A DNA stretch of 64,000 nt, from the NCBI GenBank assembly GCA_016932785.1, contig JAFGCJ010000002.1, positions 337,777-401,776 of the forward strand, read 5' to 3'. Origin of the DNA: Candidatus Dojkabacteria bacterium (GTDB lineage Bacteria; Patescibacteriota; Dojkabacteria; SC72; JAFGCJ01). Shown piece after piece: positions 20,023 to 26,926 of the stretch; the stretch's first letter is position 1, and each line of letters starts with the position of its first letter. The position numbers were made by a program, and so were the translations under genes. The notes under the pieces are model-generated. The model was not told the origin of the DNA and did not search any database. It worked only from the letters and a program-made list of their open reading frames with translations.

Positions 20023-21121
20023 TTACTAAATTCTTTATTTTTTCTAGAAATAGATTTTCTGAAAACTCCCTGGCCCTACCAGTCAAATCTTTCCTATCAA
20101 AGTCCATAGTTTCAAAATCCCTTATCGTGTCACAAAGAGACTCAACGGTCTGTCTGTCAAAAAACACCCCCGTCTCTTTATCAATCACCGTCTCAGCTAC
20201 ACCTCCCTTATTATAAGCTATGACAGGTGTTCCGCAAGCCATAGACTCAACAGGTGTTAACCCAAAATCTTCAACTCCAGGAAAAAGAAATGCACGGGCA
20301 CGACTCATTAGACTCTTCTTCTCCTGAGTTGAACAATAACCCAAAAATGTAACATTTGGGCCGGCAAGTGATTTCAGATATTTTGCATCAGGACCTTCAC
20401 CCACAACTATCAACCTTCTATTTAGCCGATTACAAGCCTCAACGGCAAGATCAATCCTTTTATAATCATAAAGTCGAGAAACAACAAGGTAAAAATTCGT
20501 ACCATACTTGTTCTCGTCTCTTTCCCCGTCAGGCATTGTTCCCACACCCTCATTCCAAAAACTAAGATCAACTCCAGGATGCACCACATGAGATTCTCTC
20601 CGATAAACCTTCTTTACCTTTCGACTAACAAAATTTGATATTGAAACAAGCTCGTTAGGCCTCTTTGATGCCTCCAAATCCCAAACTCGAAGATAAAAAT
20701 CCATAACGGGAGTAACACTCTTAATGATACTTCGAGATCGACTAGCTCTTGTATTCGAAATACCTCCCCATTGATACCTTGGAGGGGTGCAAATAATCCC
20801 CAGATGAAAAGTTTGAGGACCTGTTATCACGCCTTTGGCACAACCGGCTGAGATACTTAATACAAGGTCGTAACCGGAAAAGTCGAATTGCTCGAACGCA
20901 ATCGGAGATAATGGAGTGTAATGTCGATACAGTATCTTCCTAAACGGAAGTCCCTGAATGAAAGATGTGTGGACGTTGTTTTTTTTCAGGTACGAATATC
21001 TATTTGCATTGTATACAGAGGTAAAAATATCAGCCTTAGGATAGGCTTTAAGTAGTGCCTTTAGTAGTTCATCGGCACCACCGGGTCGTACTAGAGAGTC
21101 TGTGGCAATTGCAACTTTCAT
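19991..21121 (-). CDS. Glycosyltransferase family 4
   Basis: Start re-called at MKVAIATD; EDFGLTPVESMACGTPVIA. Confidence 0.95.
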   Translation of the reverse strand: MKVAIATDSLVRPGGADELLKALLKAYPKADIFTSVYNANRYSYLKKNNVHTSFIQGLPFRKILYRHYTPLSPIAFEQFDFSGYDLVLSISAGCAKGVITGPQTFHLGIICTPPRYQWGGISNTRASRSRSIIKSVTPVMDFYLRVWDLEASKRPNELVSISNFVSRKVKKVYRRESHVVHPGVDLSFWNEGVGTMPDGERDENKYGTNFYLVVSRLYDYKRIDLAVEACNRLNRRLIVVGEGPDAKYLKSLAGPNVTFLGYCSTQEKKSLMSRARAFLFPGVEDFGLTPVESMACGTPVIAYNKGGVAETVIDKETGVFFDRQTVESLCDTIRDFETMDFDRKDLTGRAREFSENLFLEKIKNLVNEGINKISEN

Positions 21122-21149
21122 TGGGATGATGATATCACATAAGCTTATA

Positions 21150-21170
21150 GTTGGGGGTCTGACCCCCAAC
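21150..21170. repeat. Perfect palindrome in divergent promoter region
   Basis: GTTGGGGGTC-T-GACCCCCAAC. Confidence 0.8.
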
Positions 21171-21254
21171 GCCAGTTTGACATTAAACACCACTTCGTCT
21201 TTAATGGTAAAGCTGGGACGAATAGAACCCTAGTATTTGTATTGGAGAAAAATC

Positions 21255-22370
21255 ATGCCCCAAAAGGAAAACAGACAATTCTTACAAGGAAATGTAGTTG
21301 CAGCACACGCAGCTCTAGCCGCCGGAGCAACACATTTCTACGGCTATCCAATAACCCCCTCCTCCGAAATATTAGAAACATGGGTCAATCTTGTCGGAGA
21401 CCCAGCAAAACCTAACAAAAGTCCCGTAACCAAAGAACCTCTTCAATATTTGCAATGCGAAGACGAAATGACATCTGGCTTTGCAATGATAGGATCATGT
21501 CTTGCCGGCAAAAAAGCGTTTACAACGACAGCAGGTCCCGGGAACATTCTAATGCAAGACGCTTTCTCAGCAGCAGAGGCACTCAGAATACCAACTGTAG
21601 CATTGATTATGCAGAGAGGAGGCCTCTCCACTTCAACGGTAATTTACTCCCAAGAAGAAGTTACTTTGACATGCTTAGGAGGAAATGGCGAAGGGTTTAG
21701 AGTTGTCTATTCTCCTCACAACATTCAGGAACTATATGACTACACAATCAAAGCTTTTAATACCGCATGGAAATATCGGTACCCAACATTTGTTCTGGGC
21801 GACGGATATCAGGGGAAAATGCACGGAGAAGTAAATCTTCACACGATGGACCCAAAATCTTACGTCAAACCTAAGCCCATACTACTCAGCAATAAAGGGA
21901 AAAACAAGAAATCTGTAAACTTGCGTAACTGCTACGATCAGGAGGAGGAAATTTATGAAATCATTGAAAAATATAGAAAAGACTTTGCAAGAGACTCAAA
22001 GAAAATAGCGGAAAGTGAGTCACTATTCCTTGATGACGCAGAAAGCGTAATTATATCGCATGGAATTGTGTCAACAGCTGCGAAGGAAGCTGTCGGAAGA
22101 CTTAGGAAACATGGCCAAAAAATAGGATTTTGGAGACCAATAACTCTACGCCCAATCGACCTGCCTGGTCTACTCAAGGCAGTAAAGGGTAAAAAGGAAA
22201 TCATCTACATAGAGTCTGCACTCGGACAACTTTCTCGTTTGATTAACGATGAACTAATGAGCTCAAACGATAATCGTGTCCGAAATGTCCGAATTAAAAC
22301 AATGTTCAAGCCAGCTCTTGGTATTTCACCTAGAGATATAACTGATTTTATAAGCAAAAATGTCAGCTAG
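21255..22370 (+). CDS. 2-oxoacid:ferredoxin oxidoreductase alpha subunit
   Basis: FYGYPITPSSEI, QCEDE, TTTAGPG; GGAGA precedes ATG 21255. Confidence 0.92.
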   Translation: MPQKENRQFLQGNVVAAHAALAAGATHFYGYPITPSSEILETWVNLVGDPAKPNKSPVTKEPLQYLQCEDEMTSGFAMIGSCLAGKKAFTTTAGPGNILMQDAFSAAEALRIPTVALIMQRGGLSTSTVIYSQEEVTLTCLGGNGEGFRVVYSPHNIQELYDYTIKAFNTAWKYRYPTFVLGDGYQGKMHGEVNLHTMDPKSYVKPKPILLSNKGKNKKSVNLRNCYDQEEEIYEIIEKYRKDFARDSKKIAESESLFLDDAESVIISHGIVSTAAKEAVGRLRKHGQKIGFWRPITLRPIDLPGLLKAVKGKKEIIYIESALGQLSRLINDELMSSNDNRVRNVRIKTMFKPALGISPRDITDFISKNVS

Positions 22371-23148
22371 AAGAAGACCTCCAAAAAATAAAAGCTCCCA
22401 GAAAAATTCCGCCAGCAATAGCGTTCTTCCGTCTTTTCCTAAATGTTACAAGAAGAACTCCAAACCACATAAGTTTTGCCCTGGTTGCGGTCATCCTATT
22501 GTTTTGAAGATGCTTGGACAGGCGATTGACGAATTAAAAATCCAGAATAAGTCTGTCTTTTTGATTGATATCGGATGCTCTCTACTAGCCTGGGATTTTT
22601 ATAATATTGATACAACCCAAACTCATCATGGAAGAACAATACCCGTTGCACTAGGATTCAAAAGAGCAAATCCAGAGGCAGTAGTAATTGCCTACCTCGG
22701 AGATGGAGGAGCCTACTCGATCGGTATGCAACATTTGGTTCATGCCACACTCAGAAACGAGAATATTACAACAATAGTAGTAAACAACATGAATTATGGA
22801 ATGACCGGTGGCCAGATGGCTCCTACTACCATTACTGAGCAGCCACCTACAACAACTGCACCATTTGGTAGAAAAGAAAAATACCTTGGTACTCCTCTTA
22901 AAGGACCTGAGATGCTTGAAAAGATAGGCGTCCCAGGACAATATATCGCCAGAATGAGCGTTGATGTACCACCACAGCTGAAGTTGACTCTAAAGAAGGC
23001 ACTGCAACACCAAATGGACAAAAAAGGATTCAGCTTTGTTGAGGCCCTCTCATATTGTCCAAACAATTGGAAGACAAATGCAGCAGAAACTATAGCCACC
23101 CTACAAAAGGCTAAGCAAGAATTTCCTACTTATGAAAAGGAACTATGA
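22360..23148 (+). CDS. 2-oxoacid:ferredoxin oxidoreductase beta (TPP-binding) subunit
   Basis: FCPGCGH, DIGCS, GDGG...NNMNYGMTGGQMAPTT. Confidence 0.93.
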   Translation: MSARRRPPKNKSSQKNSASNSVLPSFPKCYKKNSKPHKFCPGCGHPIVLKMLGQAIDELKIQNKSVFLIDIGCSLLAWDFYNIDTTQTHHGRTIPVALGFKRANPEAVVIAYLGDGGAYSIGMQHLVHATLRNENITTIVVNNMNYGMTGGQMAPTTITEQPPTTTAPFGRKEKYLGTPLKGPEMLEKIGVPGQYIARMSVDVPPQLKLTLKKALQHQMDKKGFSFVEALSYCPNNWKTNAAETIATLQKAKQEFPTYEKEL

Positions 23149-23732
23149 ACTGCAACCTATCTGACAACCAAAAATCAATTAAGATAATGTTAGTTGGAGA
23201 AGGAGGCCAAGGAGTACAAACAATTGCAAAACTCCTGGCTAAAGCAGCCTTCGCAAAAGACTATCATACAAGTTACATCCCAAACTTTGGAACTGAACAG
23301 AGAGGAGGAATCTCTATTGCATTTCTCCAGGTTGCCTGCGAAGAAATAGTATCACCTAAATTTGTCGACCCGAACGTTTTCATTATTTTAAGCAGCAGAG
23401 ATATTAATCGAACACTTCGGTACATCACAAAAAACACAACAGTAATTTATGATAAATATTTGGTAAAGAAGGAAATAGTTGAAAAGTTAAAGAAGCAATC
23501 CCCAACTGTTGTAGGTGTAGATGCATTCGAACTTGCCACAGAAAAGCTATCTGAGAGAAGTCTCAATATCTTGATCCTTGGAATATTGATAGGGTTCGTA
23601 GATTGTACTCTTATCGAAAAGATCACCGAGATAATGGACAAGAAATTCCAAAAGTACTACGACAAAAAGCCCGAACTTAAAAAACTTAATCATGAAGCAC
23701 TTACACTAGGTTTAAATTTAACAACAGCCTGA
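23145..23732 (+). CDS. 2-oxoacid:ferredoxin oxidoreductase gamma subunit
   Basis: GEGGQGVQ, PNFGTEQRGG. Confidence 0.92.
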   Translation: MNCNLSDNQKSIKIMLVGEGGQGVQTIAKLLAKAAFAKDYHTSYIPNFGTEQRGGISIAFLQVACEEIVSPKFVDPNVFIILSSRDINRTLRYITKNTTVIYDKYLVKKEIVEKLKKQSPTVVGVDAFELATEKLSERSLNILILGILIGFVDCTLIEKITEIMDKKFQKYYDKKPELKKLNHEALTLGLNLTTA

Positions 23733-23733
23733 C

Positions 23734-23994
23734 ATAAAAAAGGATTTCAAACCAGTCACAACAGAAAATAAAGAAAGAAAACACACCGTATTCGCAGGCC
23801 TGTGCAAAGGTTGCAGAATTTGCCAGGAGGTTTGTCCCATGAAGTGCATCGGTCTCGATCCAAAAGTAAGGGGCGTTTATAACAACAAGATAGTAAAGGC
23901 CGATGTCGATAAATGCACTGCTTGCGGCTTATGTGAGCAGAGATGTCCTGACAACGCAATCCGGGTGGAGAAGAAAAAGAAAGCTAAAAAATAG
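23734..23994 (+). CDS. 2x[4Fe-4S] ferredoxin / oxidoreductase delta subunit (no canonical start; ATA proposed)
   Basis: Own translation: ...CKGCRICQEVCP...CTACGLCEQRCPDNAI; in-frame TAA at 23719-23721; no ATG/GTG/TTG before the first Cys motif. Confidence 0.85.
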   Translation: MKKDFKPVTTENKERKHTVFAGLCKGCRICQEVCPMKCIGLDPKVRGVYNNKIVKADVDKCTACGLCEQRCPDNAIRVEKKKKAKK

Positions 23995-24032
23995 TACTTG
24001 AAGAATCACCCACCATATTAATCAATTGACCC

Positions 24033-24587
24033 CTATTTCAGAATCTTCTCTCTATAGTATTGAAGTTCGGCAATGGAAATTTTGATATCATCGAGAGCTT
24101 GATGTTTTTTATCTTTTACAAATGGCTCAACCTCCGGGTACCACATCCTTTTAGCCTCCTTAAACGCGGTAACATCAATATTCCTATAGTGAAAATACTC
24201 GTCCAAATCAGGCATATATAGCTTCAGAAAAGCTCTGTCTACATGTACAGAATTGCCACACAACGGGGCCGTATGATATTCACAATGCTTAGAAACAAAG
24301 TCCAAAGTCTTCTTCTCCGCCTCTTTTAAGCTGACCCTCGACTTCCTTACTTCATCGATAAATCCTGTACCATTGAATATTCTTTTTGCATCAGGCCAAA
24401 TATTATCAAGAACTTCTTCAGACTGATGAACTATTATTTCAGGACCTTCAGCTATAACGTCGAGATTTTCATCAGTAATAAGGGTAGCAATCTGAATTAT
24501 CGCATGTTTAATGGGATTCGGACCCGTCATTTCCAGATCAATCCAGACAAGATTGGGTCCTATTGTTGGGTAGACAGGATTAGCCAT
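24033..24587 (-). CDS. orn: Oligoribonuclease
   Basis: LVWIDLEMTG, PLCGNSVHVDRAFL, YRNIDVT, HQALDDI. Confidence 0.95.
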   Translation of the reverse strand: MANPVYPTIGPNLVWIDLEMTGPNPIKHAIIQIATLITDENLDVIAEGPEIIVHQSEEVLDNIWPDAKRIFNGTGFIDEVRKSRVSLKEAEKKTLDFVSKHCEYHTAPLCGNSVHVDRAFLKLYMPDLDEYFHYRNIDVTAFKEAKRMWYPEVEPFVKDKKHQALDDIKISIAELQYYREKILK

Positions 24588-24604
24588 AATTCGGTTGATT
24601 CAAT

Positions 24605-25009
24605 TTATTTCACAGAAACAATGACCTCTCGTTCGCGAGGACGATTATCAAAGTCTACAAGGACAATCTGCTGCCAAGTCCCAAGTAGGATTTTACCATT
24701 CTCAATAGGTATCACAAGATCAGGCTTCAAAAAACTTGCCCTAACATGGGAAAATCCGTTTCCATCGCCCCACTTTTCATTATGGGCGTATTCTAAGGAC
24801 TTAGGAAAAAGCCGCTCGAATGCCTTCTTCAGATCAGATTCCAGACCAGGTTCGAACTCAATAGTGGTTATTCCTGCTGTAGAACCATTAACAAAAACCA
24901 GGACAGAACCTTCTTGAACCTTTGATTTGGATATAACAGATGAAACCTTTTCTGTAATGTTTATTATGTCACAGAAACCCTGAGTTTTAAGCTTCAGACG
25001 CTCAGTCAT
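24605..25009 (-). CDS. yjbQ: YjbQ/UPF0047 family protein
   Basis: GSTAGITTIEFEPGL, GNGFSHVRAS, LGTWQQI; GAGGAG precedes ATG 25009. Confidence 0.9.
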   Translation of the reverse strand: MTERLKLKTQGFCDIINITEKVSSVISKSKVQEGSVLVFVNGSTAGITTIEFEPGLESDLKKAFERLFPKSLEYAHNEKWGDGNGFSHVRASFLKPDLVIPIENGKILLGTWQQIVLVDFDNRPREREVIVSVK

Positions 25010-25112
25010 ACTCCTCAAATCGAAGTTACATACGATAATAGTTTAATATATTGACCGGCAAAATGAAAACGATATAGTCTATGGGATATTTCGTCGGACT
25101 TATACATCAAAG

Positions 25113-25121
25113 TTATCCACA
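25113..25121 (+). promoter_or_regulatory. Single consensus DnaA box
   Basis: TTATCCACA in an intergenic region; function unproven. Confidence 0.35.
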
Positions 25122-25173
25122 GTACCAAAACTCTGCGCTGATTTATTTTTATAATAAAAGCGTTTCTTACGTC

Positions 25174-25202
25174 TTGACATAATCGTAGAACTCATATAGG
25201 CT
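25174..25202 (+). promoter_or_regulatory. Sigma70-type promoter
   Basis: TTGACA-17 nt-TAGGCT; predicted +1 near 25208-25209. Confidence 0.65.
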
Positions 25203-25207
25203 TAAAG

Positions 25208-25323
25208 ATGTAGCCAGGTAGTTGAAAACTAGGTGCACGTTGGGTGAGTTTGCCTAGTACGGGATTTTAGAGGTGACTCTATTTTTCCGTCAAACCCAGA
25301 GAAGCTATCTGGCTACATTTTTT
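25208..25323 (+). ncRNA. Candidate structured RNA (three-way junction), family unidentified
   Basis: 16-bp closing stem with two G-U pairs, two abutting inner hairpins (one with a GUGA tetraloop), T6 tail, upstream promoter. Confidence 0.65.
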
Positions 25324-25427
25324 ATGCAGATTTCATCAGCTGAACTCTTGTGAAATATTGAATAAACCAGTATGGTCTTCAGAACCACATATCACGGTAA
25401 GGACAAAACTGACAAGAAATAATAGAC

Positions 25428-25450
25428 GGCGTCTTACATAATAAGACGCC
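25428..25450 (-). terminator. Hairpin downstream of the basic peptide gene
   Basis: GGCGTCTTA-CATAA-TAAGACGCC. Confidence 0.65.
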
Positions 25451-25457
25451 TCTCTAC

Positions 25458-25580
25458 CTACTTCTTTCTAGAAGCTGTTCTTTTCTTGGTAGACCTCTTC
25501 TTTGGCTTAGCAGACCTCTTAGCCCTTACAGGCTTTCTTGCCTTAGTAGACCTCTTTGCAGATTTCTTCTTGGTCGCCAC
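25458..25580 (-). CDS. 40-aa Lys/Arg-rich histone-H1/protamine-like peptide
   Basis: GTG start: MATKKKSAKRSTKARKPVRAKRSAKPKKRSTKKRTASRKK; TTGACA upstream, hairpin downstream. Confidence 0.75.
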   Translation of the reverse strand: MATKKKSAKRSTKARKPVRAKRSAKPKKRSTKKRTASRKK

Positions 25581-25705
25581 TTGAAAAGAATTAAAAAGTT
25601 ATTGATAACAAATCTATACTAAACAATACAGTTGTCAATAACCCATAAAAAATCGGAAAAGAATTACGAAATTTCTAGAACAGTTGAAAAGAAGATCAGT
25701 TAAAA

Positions 25706-25779
25706 TGGACCCTACTGGACTCGAACCAGTGACCTTACGAATGTGAGTCGTACGCTCTAGCCAGCTGAGCTAAGGGTCC
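25706..25779 (-). tRNA. tRNA-Val(CAC)
   Basis: GGACCCTTAGCTCAGCTGGCTAGAGCG-TACGA-CTCACAT-TCGTA...GGTTCGAGTCC...GGGTCCA. Confidence 0.95.
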
Positions 25780-25832
25780 ATAAGCCTTACTCGGCATATT
25801 TTAAAACTTTTGTACGGAAATATAAAATGTAA

Positions 25833-26255
25833 CTATTCGTTATCAAGGACATCCAAAACATCAGAAAGATCCATATCTCCATCTGGTCCGGACTCCTCTG
25901 TATCTTCATCCATCTCTGAAGACCCAGGAAATATATCCCCCAAACCTTCTTCGTTGATTATTTTCTCCATCTCATCGTCAACAACAGTACTATCATCTCC
26001 TGCAGCCTGAGCACTATCATCTCCAGAGTCATCACTAGCATTGGCAACATCTTTGGAAACAGCAACATCATTCTCAACCTCTTCGGTCTCCCTCTCTTCA
26101 ACAGAATCAAAATCCATAGGGGAATCACACGACTCACAGTAAATAACCCGTTCCTCCTCTACTCCGCAATTCGGGCAATGTAGCTTTATTACAGTAACCT
26201 TAGAAGAACTGGCAGGTACTTTTGTTTTTTTCTTCTTCGATTTCTTTTGGGGCAT
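25833..26255 (-). CDS. Zn-ribbon protein with basic head and long acidic tail
   Basis: PQKKSKKKK; CPNC...CESC; D/E-rich C-terminal two-thirds. Confidence 0.75.
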   Translation of the reverse strand: MPQKKSKKKKTKVPASSSKVTVIKLHCPNCGVEEERVIYCESCDSPMDFDSVEERETEEVENDVAVSKDVANASDDSGDDSAQAAGDDSTVVDDEMEKIINEEGLGDIFPGSSEMDEDTEESGPDGDMDLSDVLDVLDNE

Positions 26256-26340
26256 ATAAATATAATATCATAAAAAGGTGGGGGTGCAAGAAGGAGAAGA
26301 AAACTGGAGAATGAGGTAGATCACACGACGTAAAGGTTTT

Positions 26341-26412
26341 CCGGAGATCCGTAATTGAAGTTGTCGTGCTGGGCGGCACATGTAGAAGATTCTTCAATTA
26401 TCGGATCTCCGG
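26341..26412. repeat. Long intergenic inverted repeat
   Basis: CCGGAGATCCGTAATTGAAG / CTTCAATTA(T)CGGATCTCCGG, 20 bp with one bulge. Confidence 0.8.
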
Positions 26413-26426
26413 GTGTATGCAGAACT

Positions 26427-26807
26427 TCAGTTTGAAGGTTCGGAGACTGGAGGCTCATTTCCGTTTCCATTCATGAGTTTCTCAGCCTCCGCCTGAAGAT
26501 CAACATCAAGAAGGCCTTCCTGAACCCGCTCCAATAGCTCGTATAGCCGCTGTGCTTCCCACATATCTATTTCCCCTTGAGCAAAGGCTCTCGCGATTCC
26601 CTCCTCCGAGAGAACAATTTCTTTCTCTGCAAGAGAAGCTATCGCCTGAGTATCCTTTTCCCTTTGAATTTCATCGAGCCGATCGCCCACCCAGGGAAAA
26701 CCACCTGAAAGAGCGAACAGCGCAACAGCTACCAGGCCCAGCAAAAGCCAAGACCGTCGTGGTCCCCTCCTCGAGACCTTTACGAGAGTCCGCGCAACCG
26801 ATGACAT
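26427..26807 (-). CDS. Membrane-anchored hypothetical protein
   Basis: GGAGGT SD before ATG; N-terminal TM helix, helical acidic body. Confidence 0.7.
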   Translation of the reverse strand: MSSVARTLVKVSRRGPRRSWLLLGLVAVALFALSGGFPWVGDRLDEIQREKDTQAIASLAEKEIVLSEEGIARAFAQGEIDMWEAQRLYELLERVQEGLLDVDLQAEAEKLMNGNGNEPPVSEPSN

Positions 26808-26926
26808 ATCTCAAACACCTCCGTGTTTATCTATGCCGCCCTATATTCTTCCATGAAAATAATAGCCAAACCGACATCGCAAATCAAGCACAGAATACAT
26901 GAAGAATGTTGTCACAACAGGACAAA

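Noticed and set aside
23756..23959. 67-aa Cys-rich minus-strand ORF from the track
   Set aside because: Antisense shadow of the + strand ferredoxin
25019..25200. Replication origin suggested by a DnaA box and AT-rich tract
   Set aside because: Only one box was seen, no dnaA/dnaN lies nearby, and gene orientation bias does not switch
25208..25323. SRP RNA, tRNA, tmRNA or c-di-GMP riboswitch identity for the structured RNA
   Set aside because: No SRP domain IV motif or T-loop; too short for tmRNA; minus-strand GGCAAAC is not followed by the GEMM GAAA hairpin
25461..25560. AGACCTCTT repeated three times as a regulatory or CRISPR-like repeat
   Set aside because: Explained by the KRS codons of the basic peptide on the minus strand
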